Of a stretch of DNA of 64,000 nucleotides, positions 47,105-56,918 are shown one piece after another. Position 1 is the stretch's first letter; every line of letters begins with the position of its first letter. The stretch comes from Deltaproteobacteria bacterium (GTDB lineage: Bacteria; Desulfobacterota; Desulfobaccia; Desulfobaccales; 0-14-0-80-60-11). The notes beneath the pieces are model-generated. The model searched no databases and was not told the origin of the DNA. It was given only the letters and a program-made list of their open reading frames with translations. The position numbers and the translations under genes were made by a program. The DNA lies in assembly GCA_003599195.1 (NCBI GenBank), contig QZIZ01000019.1, positions 14,188 through 78,187 on the forward strand, in the 5' to 3' direction.

Positions 47105-48433
47105 ATGGCTAAATATCATACCAGCAGAATCTTCTTATTTTACTTCGCTCTCCTTCTTTTCTCCCAGGTTTTATATTCGGAAAAACCCAAAGAGATCGAC
47201 TTTATTCTTTTGTTCCATGTCGGCTCCCTGGCCCTTTTTTTGTATTACGGTTTGTTAAAAACCATGATGCATCCGGATCGATTCGATATAGAACCGATAC
47301 AAGTAATTACCCTGGTCTTCCTTATCTATTTCTACACGGTGGGAGTTTTTCTTTCCAGGTCGAACAATGTGCCCTGGATCGGCGCCATAGAGTTTCCCTA
47401 CCGGATCGCCAACTTGTTTATGATTCTGTTCATTCCGTTGTTCATCCGGAAGGAAGAGGACTTAAGGCGGGTCTTCGTCATGATGCTGGTGATGATGGCC
47501 ACACAGATTCTCTACGATATCTTCCTGGGAGAAGACACCTTATTGGAGAGCCGCCTCTGGGGCAAAGATTTCGCCTCCATTATGTTTCTCGCCAGCCTCC
47601 CCTTCGCGTTCGGGGCGCTGCTCCTTTTTTGGAATTCCAAAACCTGGCGGGGAACCAAACGCCTCCTTCTGCTGGGCCTCAGTTTCCTGGTGATGCTCAA
47701 GGTATTTCTGACCTTTTCCAGGACCGTCTGGCTGGTGATGTTCCCCTTGAACGTCGTAGGATTGGTGTACCTGATCCAATACAAGTCCCGCACCAAGAAA
47801 AAAGTACGGGGGTGGTATAACAAGGTCACCATGCTGATCTGCGCCGTGGTGGTTGCCGGCGCGGTGGGGGCGTTTGGGATAGTGCTGTTTAACCCGCCCA
47901 CTGCGGATTTAATTCTCTCCCGGGCCGACAAAACGGACTCACAGGCCTGGAACCGCACCACCGAAATTCAAATGGCCTATGAGGAATGGCTTAACCGGCC
48001 CATCCTGGGCTCCGGGTTCGCCTACCAGATGCCGATCTTTAAAGGCACCCGTTTCCGGCAACAAGACTGGGTGCATAATTTTATTATGCAATTCCTGGTA
48101 TCAAGCGGCATAATAGGGCTGGCGATGCTTATAACTCTTCTCGGAGCAACGGCTTTGCTGTTGCGGAAATTGTTCAAACGATCGCGCTCCTCGCTTCAGA
48201 ACGCGGTGATGATTTCCTGTATTCTCGCGCTCTTCAACGTGGTGTTGATTGGCATGGTGCAGACGGTGCTCCATAAAGAAGATACCTACTTCATCCTGGC
48301 CATGATTATCTCCTTCATCGTGGCCATTAAGCGATTTCAAGCCGAGGAGAAGCGAGCCTTGCGGCTCCAGGAAGCCCCCATTCACCAGTGGGGCATACCC
48401 GTCAAATTGGGCCAGCCATTGAGGGCAAGGTAG
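47105..48433 (+). CDS. O-antigen ligase/polymerase (Wzy/WaaL family)
   Basis: TFSRT, PILGSG, HNFIMQ; many TM helices. Confidence 0.8.
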   Translation: MAKYHTSRIFLFYFALLLFSQVLYSEKPKEIDFILLFHVGSLALFLYYGLLKTMMHPDRFDIEPIQVITLVFLIYFYTVGVFLSRSNNVPWIGAIEFPYRIANLFMILFIPLFIRKEEDLRRVFVMMLVMMATQILYDIFLGEDTLLESRLWGKDFASIMFLASLPFAFGALLLFWNSKTWRGTKRLLLLGLSFLVMLKVFLTFSRTVWLVMFPLNVVGLVYLIQYKSRTKKKVRGWYNKVTMLICAVVVAGAVGAFGIVLFNPPTADLILSRADKTDSQAWNRTTEIQMAYEEWLNRPILGSGFAYQMPIFKGTRFRQQDWVHNFIMQFLVSSGIIGLAMLITLLGATALLLRKLFKRSRSSLQNAVMISCILALFNVVLIGMVQTVLHKEDTYFILAMIISFIVAIKRFQAEEKRALRLQEAPIHQWGIPVKLGQPLRAR

Positions 48434-48496
48434 GCCGGCCCGCCTTTGGTTCCGCTAAATTCGCACATACCCTCGCTGAGGTTAAGGATAAGTTGA

Positions 48497-49666
48497 ATGA
48501 ACATCCTCCTTCTTACGCATTACGAAACCGTCGGCGGCCGCCGGCAATTGGAAATCAACACCCTGCGCCAGGCGGGGCACTCGGTGCAGGTGGTGGCCTG
48601 GAACAGCAGCGGCAAAGAATACCAGTATGACTTTCCGGTTACCTATATCCACAACCGGAGCCGGGTTTATTTTTCCCAGAGTTTGCTTAAAAAAGGGTTG
48701 TTGGCCACCCTGTGGACCATCGGCGGCCTTTATCCCCGGACCCTGAAGATGATCCTGGCCACTCGCTGGGACGTGTTGCATTGCTGCAATCTGGCGCTGC
48801 TCCCCCTGGCGGTGCTGGGGAAGTGGCTGAAGGGCGGTAAGATTATCTTCGATTCCTATGAAATGCCCATCCTAAAAGTCCCTTTACGCATCAAGAACCG
48901 GGGGCTGGCCGCCATTACCCGCCTGGTCCTGGAAAATACCGAAAGATTCCTGGTTTCCCAGGTGGACGGGGTCCTGACCATCCCTGCCGTGGGCGGCCAC
49001 GAAAAGAAGAAATTTGCCCGGTATTGCAATAACGTCGAGGTCTTGATGAACGTCCCCGACCTGCAGGGCATTGTTTCCCACAAGGACTATCCCCAGCCGC
49101 CCACCGCCATTTTTTTCGGCGGCCTCAACCGGGAAAAAGGACTCTTTGCCATGCTGGAGGCCGCGGCCCTATTGGTCAAACCCTATCCCAATTTTCGCCT
49201 GATCCTCATCGGCTACATGTTCGAGAACCCCGCCGCGGTGCAGGAAACCATAGACCGCCTGGGAATCCGAGACCATGTGGTCCTGCATTCCTGGGTGCCC
49301 ACCGACAAATTGGGGGAATACCTGGCGCACGCCTGGGTCGGCCTCTGGCCCAGCCAGCCCTGCGGCCACTATACCCAGGTGACCACCGGGAACAGCCGGA
49401 AGGGTTTTCAATACATGAAGTACGGGCTTCCCATCGTGGGCACCACCTTTGGCGAAATCGCCACCCATGTGGCCGAGGAGGGCGCCGGCCTCCTGGTGGA
49501 CTGCACCAGGCCGGAAGCCCTGGCCGCGGCTATGGCGGAGATCTTTGAACATCCGGAATTACGCGAGAAAATGTCCGCCAACGGCCTGGCCGCGGTGCGC
49601 ACCAAATATAATTGGGAAAGCGAATCCAAAAAATTATTGAAGGTTTATCGAGCCCTGGAAGGATAA
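48497..49666 (+). CDS. Glycosyltransferase family 4
   Basis: GGLNREKG, YMKYGLPIV, GLLVD...LAAAM. Confidence 0.9.
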   Translation: MNILLLTHYETVGGRRQLEINTLRQAGHSVQVVAWNSSGKEYQYDFPVTYIHNRSRVYFSQSLLKKGLLATLWTIGGLYPRTLKMILATRWDVLHCCNLALLPLAVLGKWLKGGKIIFDSYEMPILKVPLRIKNRGLAAITRLVLENTERFLVSQVDGVLTIPAVGGHEKKKFARYCNNVEVLMNVPDLQGIVSHKDYPQPPTAIFFGGLNREKGLFAMLEAAALLVKPYPNFRLILIGYMFENPAAVQETIDRLGIRDHVVLHSWVPTDKLGEYLAHAWVGLWPSQPCGHYTQVTTGNSRKGFQYMKYGLPIVGTTFGEIATHVAEEGAGLLVDCTRPEALAAAMAEIFEHPELREKMSANGLAAVRTKYNWESESKKLLKVYRALEG

Positions 49667-49669
49667 CCA

Positions 49670-50833
49670 TTGAAAACCAAGACCTTAAAGAGAAAAGATT
49701 TAAACCCGAAGGTGGCGGTATTATTGGGGACCCGCCCCGGACTGATCATGTTCAGTCCGGTAATCCGGGCGCTGATCAAGGGTCGGGTCGACTTTTTCAT
49801 GATCCATTCCGGCCAGCATTATTCCTATAACATGGATGAAATATTATTCGAGGAGTTGGAAATTCCCAAGCCTTCCCATTACTTAACCGGGGTAGCGGAA
49901 AAAAAGCTGCACGGCGCCCAAACCGCGGTGATGCTGGAAGGCATTGAACGGGTATTGATCCAGGAAAGGCCGGCCATCCTCCTGGTGGGCGGGGACACCA
50001 ACACCAACCTGGCCGGCGCGCTCGCGGCCAGAAAGCTCCATATCGCCATCGGCCACATCGAATCCGGGGAAAGAAGCTACGATTGGCGCATCCCCGAAGA
50101 GCATAACCGGCGCATGATCGACCATATCAGCGAGTACCTGTTCGTCACCAACGAAAAAGGGAATAATCAACTATTAAAAGAAAATGTCATGGGAAGGACC
50201 TTTATTGTCGGCAACACTATTGTCGACGCCGCGTTCCAGAATATTGAACTTGCCAAAAAGAAATCGGCGATTCTTGAGAAACACGGATTACAAGAAAAAA
50301 AATACATCGTCTTGACCGCGCATCGGGAAGAAAATGTCGATCACGAAGAAACCCTTGCTAATATTCTCAATGCTTTGGAATTGATGCATCAGCGGACGGG
50401 CCTCCCCATTTTCTTTTCCGCCCACCCCCGGACCTTGAACCGCTTGAAAATCTTCCAGCTGACCGAACGGGCCGGGAGGATTCCGGGCCTGATCATCAGC
50501 GAAGCCCTCGGATATCTCGATTTTCTGCGGCTGTTGTCCGGGGCCCGGCTGGCTTTGACCGATTCGGGAGGAGTGCAGCAGGAGGCCTGCATTTTCCAGG
50601 TCCCTTGTGTGACTTTACGGGAAGTTACCGAATGGACGGAAACCCTGGAAATCGGGGCCAATATCCTGGCAGGCGTGGCGCCGGAGAAAATCGTCGCCGC
50701 CGGCCTGGAGATGCTGCAGAGAGACGGCGGTTGGCCCATACCCTTCGGCGACGGCGCCGCGGCCCAACGGATCGTTGCGGTGGTCAAAGAAGAGCTGGGC
50801 CGGCTTGCGGGGAAACCGGCCTCCGCCGCCTGA
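49670..50833 (+). CDS. wecB: UDP-N-acetylglucosamine 2-epimerase (non-hydrolysing)
   Basis: GTRP, HSGQHY, GDTNT, PEEHNR, TDSGGVQQEA. Confidence 0.92.
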   Translation: MKTKTLKRKDLNPKVAVLLGTRPGLIMFSPVIRALIKGRVDFFMIHSGQHYSYNMDEILFEELEIPKPSHYLTGVAEKKLHGAQTAVMLEGIERVLIQERPAILLVGGDTNTNLAGALAARKLHIAIGHIESGERSYDWRIPEEHNRRMIDHISEYLFVTNEKGNNQLLKENVMGRTFIVGNTIVDAAFQNIELAKKKSAILEKHGLQEKKYIVLTAHREENVDHEETLANILNALELMHQRTGLPIFFSAHPRTLNRLKIFQLTERAGRIPGLIISEALGYLDFLRLLSGARLALTDSGGVQQEACIFQVPCVTLREVTEWTETLEIGANILAGVAPEKIVAAGLEMLQRDGGWPIPFGDGAAAQRIVAVVKEELGRLAGKPASAA

Positions 50834-50856
50834 CTCCCGCCGCTGGTGTGAAACCC

Positions 50857-51639
50857 ATGAACAACGCCTGGAACGAACATTTCCATTACGATTACTTCCG
50901 GGAATTATTAACGGTTGCCAAGGATAAGTTCGTTCTCCATTTACTGAAAGAAGCCCCCTTAGTCCTGGCAGCCGGGGCGGGGCCGGCGCTGCTGCTGCGC
51001 CACGATGTGGATGTTTCCTTGAAGCGGGCTTATGCTATGGCGGAGATTGAACACCGCCTGGGAGTGGCAGCCACCTATATGGTCCTGGCGGATTCGCCCC
51101 TTTACCGCCTCGCCACCCCGGAGTCCCGGGGCATCATCCGCGATCTCCAGGCCATGGGCCATGAAGTGGCCCTGCATTTTGCGGCGCCCGCGGACCCTGG
51201 CGAGGATGAAGGCAGATGGCAGGAGCTGGAGAGCCGGGTCCTGGGGGCCAAGGCCCTGTTGGAAGATATCCTCCAAGCCGAGGTGGCGTCCATTTCCTTT
51301 CACAAGCCCATCACCCGGCTGCTTCGGGGTCCCCTCAAGATTTTCAACCTGGTCAACGCCTATTCCCGGGAATTGATGGACTGGTACCTGTCCGACTCCC
51401 GGGGCCGCTGGCGGGAGGGCGAACCTTTGCCGAAGCTGCGGCAGCCGGCGAAGCCGTTGTTACAACTATTAATCCATCCCATCTGGTGGGGAGAGACGCA
51501 TTTGGGGGCCATGGAAAGGATGGAAGACTTTTTTCATTCCGAATCCCGGGGCTACTCAACGGCCGAACGCAAGATCCTGGGCCGGGAATTGACCGACACC
51601 CTGGGGATTCCCCACGCCGGGCTCACCTCCGGGTGTTGA
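50857..51639 (+). CDS. Polysaccharide deacetylase-like protein
   Basis: LRHDVD, GHEVALH, SFH.P, YLSDS.G.W, LIHP.WW. Confidence 0.75.
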   Translation: MNNAWNEHFHYDYFRELLTVAKDKFVLHLLKEAPLVLAAGAGPALLLRHDVDVSLKRAYAMAEIEHRLGVAATYMVLADSPLYRLATPESRGIIRDLQAMGHEVALHFAAPADPGEDEGRWQELESRVLGAKALLEDILQAEVASISFHKPITRLLRGPLKIFNLVNAYSRELMDWYLSDSRGRWREGEPLPKLRQPAKPLLQLLIHPIWWGETHLGAMERMEDFFHSESRGYSTAERKILGRELTDTLGIPHAGLTSGC

Positions 51640-51658
51640 AAGAGGAACGTAACCGATA

Positions 51659-52432
51659 ATGAAGATCGGCGAATTTGATCGAGATACCGGAGCCTTGCAG
51701 AAACGGCTGGAAGCCCATAGCCGCTTCGGCTCCCGGGACCTGAATACCTGGATCTTTGAGCACCTGGACCTTACCCCCGGACTCTCCATCCTGGACTTGG
51801 GCTGCGGCACCGGCAAGCAGACCCTGCCCCTGGCCCAGGCCGTGGGTCCAAAGGGAAAGGTCTTGGCCGTGGATATTTCTCAAGCAGCCCTGGATGATTT
51901 GCAGCGCCAGGCACGGGAACAGGGATTGGCGGAGCGCATCGCCACCCGCTGCCTGGGTCTGGACGCCATGGAAGGGCAGCTGGAACCCGCCGGCCTGGAC
52001 CGGGTGGTGTCCAGCTATGCCGTATATTACGTGGAGGACCCCCGCCGCCTGTTCAGGGCGCTGCACCAGGCCCTGAAGGACGGGGGCATTTTCTTCGCCT
52101 GCGGCCCGGCTCTGGACAACAACGCCGATTTTCTCTCTTTTTACTACAACCTGGTAAAGCAGTCTCCGCCCCCCCTTAACAAAACCGGGGAGTTCATGGA
52201 GAAGACCGCGCCGGGGCTGCTCCGGGAAATCTTCGGCGGTGTGGACATCTTTCGGTTTGAGAATCCCATGCGCTTCGACTCCGCGGACGCCCTGCTGGCG
52301 TACTGGAGTTCCCACAATCTCTATGACCGGCAGGTGGAGGCCGCATTCCGGGACGCGGCCGGGCGGCACTTCCGTGGGCATCCGGAATTTGTCATCACCA
52401 AAAGGGCCGTGGGGCTGCGGGCAAAAAAATAG
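51659..52432 (+). CDS. Class I SAM-dependent methyltransferase
   Basis: ILDLGCGTG, AVDIS. Confidence 0.88.
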   Translation: MKIGEFDRDTGALQKRLEAHSRFGSRDLNTWIFEHLDLTPGLSILDLGCGTGKQTLPLAQAVGPKGKVLAVDISQAALDDLQRQAREQGLAERIATRCLGLDAMEGQLEPAGLDRVVSSYAVYYVEDPRRLFRALHQALKDGGIFFACGPALDNNADFLSFYYNLVKQSPPPLNKTGEFMEKTAPGLLREIFGGVDIFRFENPMRFDSADALLAYWSSHNLYDRQVEAAFRDAAGRHFRGHPEFVITKRAVGLRAKK

Positions 52433-52434
52433 GC

Positions 52435-52473
52435 CTCACGCAAAGACGCAAAGACGCAAAGTAAGACGCAAAA
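52435..52473 (+). repeat. Left 8-mer array (ACGCAAAG)n
   Basis: CTCACGCAAAGACGCAAAGACGCAAAGTAAGACGC. Confidence 0.75.
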
Positions 52474-52522
52474 AAATAAAAATTAACCGAGGTTGTTATT
52501 AAACCTTTGCCGGGGAGCTTCG

Positions 52523-53143
52523 ATGCAAGAGGGATTATTTGAGGCGGGAGAAGACTGCCGGATTCAGACCGGCTGCATTGTGGGCCTGAAGTACCGGGAC
52601 GATTGCCGGCCGGCCGTTCTGGGCAAAGGAGCCCGCATCCGGGCCGGGACCATCATTTATGCCGACGTGGTCATCGGTGACGATTTCCAGACTGGCCATC
52701 ACGTCATGATCCGGGAAAAAACCGCGATCGGCCATCACGTGGTGGTGGGCACCAACACGGTGATCGACGGCCAGGTGAGCATCGGGGATTTTGTCAAAAT
52801 CGAATCCAACTGCTACATCCCCACCAACGTGACCGTGGGCAGCCGCATCTTTCTGGGGCCCAACGTCACCTTGACCAACGACCGCTACCCCTTGAAGATG
52901 CGGGATCAATACCGTCCGGAGGGGCCGGTTCTGGAAGACGGGGTCACCCTGGGCGCGGGGGTGATCGTCTGCCCGGGGGTGCGCATCGGTGAGGGTTCTT
53001 TCGTGGCCGCAGGTGCGGTGGTCACCAAGGACGTGCCGCCCCGGACCATGGTCAAGGGGGTGCCGGGCCGGTTCAGCCCGCTGCCGGAAAAATTGCGGGA
53101 GCTGAATATCGCCCTGTCGTGGATGAAGTACCTTAAAGCCTGA
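52523..53143 (+). CDS. Hexapeptide-repeat (left-handed beta-helix) N-acetyltransferase, WbpD-like
   Basis: Hexapeptide repeats, LTNDRYP, AGAVVTKDVP...GVPG. Confidence 0.9.
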   Translation: MQEGLFEAGEDCRIQTGCIVGLKYRDDCRPAVLGKGARIRAGTIIYADVVIGDDFQTGHHVMIREKTAIGHHVVVGTNTVIDGQVSIGDFVKIESNCYIPTNVTVGSRIFLGPNVTLTNDRYPLKMRDQYRPEGPVLEDGVTLGAGVIVCPGVRIGEGSFVAAGAVVTKDVPPRTMVKGVPGRFSPLPEKLRELNIALSWMKYLKA

Positions 53144-53198
53144 GAAGAAGGAGCCGCCGCTTCCATTTGCGTCCTTATCATGAGTCACCACCCCTTAT

Positions 53199-53241
53199 CT
53201 TGCGCCTTTGCGCCTTTGCGCCTTGGCGTCTTGGCGTGAGA
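53199..53241 (-). repeat. Right 8-mer array (CTTTGCGC)n, inverted relative to 52435
   Basis: CTTGCGCCTTTGCGCCTTTGCGCCTTGGCGTCTTGGCGTGAGA. Confidence 0.75.
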
Positions 53242-53267
53242 ATATCTTTTCCATAAGGAATCTAACA

Positions 53268-53819
53268 TTGAATTTCGCTGACTACCCCCCGGAAGTGATA
53301 GAACGAGCCAAAGGCATCCGCCTGCTGATCCTGGACGTGGACGGGGTGCTCACCAACGGCAGCCTCTATTTCGGGCCGCAGGGCGAGGCCCTGAAGGTTT
53401 TTCACGTGCGGGACGGCCACGGCCTCAAGATGCTGCAAAAGGCCGGCATCGAAGTGGCCTTTCTCTCCGGCCGGCGTTCGGACGCGGCCTATCACCGGGC
53501 CCAGGAGTTGGGGGTCAGCCGCTTTCACGAGGGGTTGCGGGATAAAGTGGCGGTCATGGAGGAAATCATGGCCTCCATGGGGATTGAGGCCGGGGCGGTG
53601 GCCGCGGTGGGGGACGACCTGGTGGACCTGCCCCACCTGCGCCGGTCGGGGCTGGCGGTGGCCGTGGCCGACGCGGCGCCGGAAGTGAAGGACGCGGCCC
53701 ATTGGGTCACTGCTTTGCCCGGCGGCAGAGGCGCGGTCAGGGAGGTCTGCGATTTGCTGCTCAAGGCCCAGGGGAAGTGGGAGGGGGTTGTGAGGCCTTG
53801 GTTTGGCAGTTTGGAATAG
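53268..53819 (+). CDS. kdsC: KDO 8-phosphate phosphatase
   Basis: LDVDGVLTNG, F.VRDG.G, GDDLVD, GGRGAVRE; TTG start after AAGGA. Confidence 0.92.
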   Translation: MNFADYPPEVIERAKGIRLLILDVDGVLTNGSLYFGPQGEALKVFHVRDGHGLKMLQKAGIEVAFLSGRRSDAAYHRAQELGVSRFHEGLRDKVAVMEEIMASMGIEAGAVAAVGDDLVDLPHLRRSGLAVAVADAAPEVKDAAHWVTALPGGRGAVREVCDLLLKAQGKWEGVVRPWFGSLE

Positions 53820-53878
53820 TAACATATTAATTAATAGGGCTTATAACCTGCTTCATTCATTTTAAATGATGTTAATTT

Positions 53879-54577
53879 ATGAAATTATACAAATATAGAC
53901 CAATAAATGAATATGTCGAACCTATTCTTACAAGCAATAAAATATGGTTTCCAAAGAGAAAAACATTAAATGATCCAGAAGATTTATTGATAGAGATTGA
54001 AAATGATATAACAGTAGAAACTTATAGAGAGTTTTTAATTAACAAATCGCTGGAAGCTCAGCGACCTAAAAAATTCCTAAGAGCTAATTTTAAACAAGCC
54101 TTTGATCGGAACGGATTGACACATGCCGCCAAACGAAAGATAAACTTGGCATTAAAAAAAATGCAGGCAAATTTTGATAGGTTAGGGATTTTATCCTTAT
54201 CGGAAAATGCTGACGACGAAATCTTATGGGATGAATATGCTGAAAAAAAGAAAGGGGTATGTTTAGAATTCGAACTACCTCATAGTGAATATTTATTAAA
54301 AGTATTATACGTAGAAACACGTCCTAAATTAAAACTAAGTGAATTATTATTCGACAATGATTCCGAAAAAATGCTTATAGAAGTTCTAAGGACAAAGACG
54401 ATGAAATGGAGCCACGAAAATGAATGGAGATATTTTATAAAACAAGGGAATGTGGAATTCTCTTTTATGGGTAGCATCACAGGAATAAGATTCGGAATAA
54501 TGACAGAATTAAAAAATAAGCAAAAGATTATTACGTTAATTGATTCATGCGAAAGCAAAATCAAAATATATGGTTAG
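53879..54577 (+). CDS. DUF2971-like protein, AT-rich foreign gene
   Basis: LYKYR, LNDP, LWDEYA...GVCLEF, TKTMKWSHENEWR. Confidence 0.8.
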   Translation: MKLYKYRPINEYVEPILTSNKIWFPKRKTLNDPEDLLIEIENDITVETYREFLINKSLEAQRPKKFLRANFKQAFDRNGLTHAAKRKINLALKKMQANFDRLGILSLSENADDEILWDEYAEKKKGVCLEFELPHSEYLLKVLYVETRPKLKLSELLFDNDSEKMLIEVLRTKTMKWSHENEWRYFIKQGNVEFSFMGSITGIRFGIMTELKNKQKIITLIDSCESKIKIYG

Positions 54578-54622
54578 GGTTTTTATCCAGAAATCTGAAA
54601 TTTAAGAACGATTTTTCTTCTG

Positions 54623-54750
54623 GTTCCCAAGCACAGCTTGGGAACGAGCAGGGAAAATCGAGATTCGCAACGAAGCTGCGCTCCGTTTAGAATGACAGAC
54701 TCTCATTTCCCGGTTTTTGCTGCAAGCTGGCCGCTGCAAGCTGACAGCTA
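54623..54750. repeat. Cluster of REP-like remnants
   Basis: GTTCCCAAGC-ACA-GCTTGGGAAC palindrome; GCTCCGTTTAGAATGACA matches the arm inside the 62914 MITE; GCTGCAAGCTG twice. Confidence 0.6.
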
Positions 54751-54833
54751 TTTCCCCGAAGTCTGAGTTTTGGTCACGGCCAACTTTCTTCCTTTTCGCT
54801 CCCTCCGTCTCCCCCCTTTGCGCCAGATAAGCC

Positions 54834-54861
54834 TTTACACTTTTTTTCAGGGTTATATAAT
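54834..54861 (+). promoter_or_regulatory. Sigma70 promoter upstream of lptC
   Basis: TTTACA-16 nt-TATAAT. Confidence 0.55.
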
Positions 54862-54888
54862 TCTCTCAGCAAATATCGGCTAATTGGC

Positions 54889-55485
54889 ATGGAAAATTTT
54901 CCTCACAAGCCCCCGAAGGGGTGGCGGCGGTTTTGGGGCTGGAAAGGGCTGGCGGGCCTGATCCTGCTGGCGGGCTTAGGCTGGGGCCTGTATGAATGGA
55001 GCAGCCCGGCGCCGCCGCCCCCGCCGCCCCCGGCGCCTTTGGAGACCAAGGCCCGCATGGAGAGCCTGGCCTTAAGCGAAATCCAGGAGGGCAACAAGCG
55101 CTGGACCCTGGAGGCCCAATCCGCGGATTTTTCCAAGGAGAAGCTGGAGGTCAAGATCACCGGGGTCAAGGTGGAATTTTTCGGGGGGCCGGATGAGGTC
55201 ATCAGAGTAAAGGCCCAGGAAGGTCTGATTAACACCAAGACCCGGGTCCTGACTCTCAAGGGCCAGGTGGAAATGGTAAGCGGTAATTTGCGCATCACCA
55301 CCGACCGGGTGATCTACCAACCCGGGGAGCGGCTGCTGTCGGCCCCGGAGGAAGTCACCCTGGAGGAGCCCCGCCTGAAGGTCCAGGGCCGGGATTTGCA
55401 GGTGAAACTGGCGGAGAAAAAGCTGGTCCTGGCCCAACATCGCCTCACCCAGGTCAACGTCCCGAATTTGGAGCTGAAACCGTGA
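54889..55485 (+). CDS. lptC: LPS export protein LptC
   Basis: N-terminal TM, W.L.A..A, beta-jellyroll pattern; synteny. Confidence 0.85.
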   Translation: MENFPHKPPKGWRRFWGWKGLAGLILLAGLGWGLYEWSSPAPPPPPPPAPLETKARMESLALSEIQEGNKRWTLEAQSADFSKEKLEVKITGVKVEFFGGPDEVIRVKAQEGLINTKTRVLTLKGQVEMVSGNLRITTDRVIYQPGERLLSAPEEVTLEEPRLKVQGRDLQVKLAEKKLVLAQHRLTQVNVPNLELKP

Positions 55486-56123
55486 AACCAAAGATCTCCC
55501 GGTGTATCACCGCCGGTGTTCTCTGTCTGCTGTTGGCGCTCTTGGTCTGGAGCCTGCCGGAAACCGGACAGGCCCAGGGGAAGAAAGGGGTCCAGAAGGA
55601 CATCCCCCTGCACATCACCGCGGCCCGCCTGGAAGCGGACCAGAAGGAGCGGGTCATCACCTTCAGCGGCCAGGTGAAGGCCGCGTACGGCGACAACCTG
55701 TTATATTGCGAGCAATTAAGGGTCTATTACGAGCCGCCAAAATCCGGGCCGAAGCCCGCCGCGGCTCCTCCCCAAGAAAAGAAAGACGCTTCGCCCCTGG
55801 GGGAGTTGGGCGGGGAGAAGATCGACCGCATCGTGGCCGCGGGGGGAGTGCGGTTCGTCCAGGGGGACAAGGTGGCCACCGGCAAGGAAGCCACCTATTA
55901 CCGGAGCCGGGAAGAGCTGGTGCTGGCGGGCAATCCCCAGGTATGGAGCGCGGAAAATACCCTGAAGGGCGAGCGCATCGTCTTTAATTTGCGCACCAAC
56001 CGGGTGACGGTGGAGAGTTCCCCCAAAAAACGGGTGGAAGCCCACCTTTATCCCTCCGGCAAAGGGCTGCCCGAGGCCGCCAAAGGCCTGCCCCTGGGGC
56101 CGGAAGGCCGGAAACAACGGTAA
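55482..56123 (+). CDS. lptA: LPS transport periplasmic protein LptA
   Basis: Signal peptide, P..ITAARLE, A.GGV, L.GNP, GERI. Confidence 0.88.
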   Translation: MKPKISRCITAGVLCLLLALLVWSLPETGQAQGKKGVQKDIPLHITAARLEADQKERVITFSGQVKAAYGDNLLYCEQLRVYYEPPKSGPKPAAAPPQEKKDASPLGELGGEKIDRIVAAGGVRFVQGDKVATGKEATYYRSREELVLAGNPQVWSAENTLKGERIVFNLRTNRVTVESSPKKRVEAHLYPSGKGLPEAAKGLPLGPEGRKQR

Positions 56124-56854
56124 TGCAACAGATGCACCGCCTGACCCTCAGCCATCTGGTAAAAAGTTACGACGGCCGCACCGTCGTGGACGACGTCAAT
56201 CTGGAGGTGCACAGCGGCGAGGTGGTGGGCCTGCTGGGTCCCAACGGCGCGGGCAAGACCACCACTTTCTTCATGGTCCTGGGGCTGCTCCATCCCGACC
56301 GGGGCCAGATCTTTCTGGACGGGGAGGACATCTCCACCCTGCCCATCTTTCAACGGGCCAGGCTGGGCGTGCAGTACCTGCCCCAGGAGCCTTCGGTGTT
56401 CCGCAAGCTCACGGTGGCGGAAAACGTCCTGGCCATTCTGGAGACCCTGGAGCCGGACCCCCAGGCGCGCCAGGAACGGCTGCAGCAATTGCTGGCGGAA
56501 CTGCGCATTACGCATCTGGCCCACCAGAAGGCCTCCGCCCTTTCCGGAGGGGAGCGGCGCCGGGTGGAGATTACCCGGGCCCTGGTCACTTCGCCCCATT
56601 TCATCATCCTGGATGAGCCTTTTGCCGGCATCGACCCCCTGGCGGTCACCGATATCCAGAATATCATCCGCCAGTTGAAGGACAGGCAATTGGGGGTCCT
56701 CATCTCCGACCATAACGTGCGGGAGGCCCTGGGGGTCTGCGACCGGGCTTATATCCTCAATGAGGGAGTGGTCCTGGAGGAAGGGACCCCGGAGGTTTTG
56801 GTGGCCAGCGAAGTAGCTAAAAGGATTTACTTGGGGGAAACCTTTAAGTTATAA
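56123..56854 (+). CDS. lptB: LPS export ABC ATPase
   Basis: GPNGAGKTT, YLPQEPSVFRKL, LSGGERRR, DEPFAGIDP. Confidence 0.96.
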   Translation: MQQMHRLTLSHLVKSYDGRTVVDDVNLEVHSGEVVGLLGPNGAGKTTTFFMVLGLLHPDRGQIFLDGEDISTLPIFQRARLGVQYLPQEPSVFRKLTVAENVLAILETLEPDPQARQERLQQLLAELRITHLAHQKASALSGGERRRVEITRALVTSPHFIILDEPFAGIDPLAVTDIQNIIRQLKDRQLGVLISDHNVREALGVCDRAYILNEGVVLEEGTPEVLVASEVAKRIYLGETFKL

Positions 56855-56918
56855 TGAATTCAGAAGCGGTGGCAGACCGGCGCCGATTTCCAGGAAATTA
56901 ATCGTAAAGTTAAGAAAT

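Noticed and set aside
51631-51680. SGC-TGA as a possible C-U motif
   Set aside because: No convincing hairpin; read-through runs out of frame into the next gene's RBS and start
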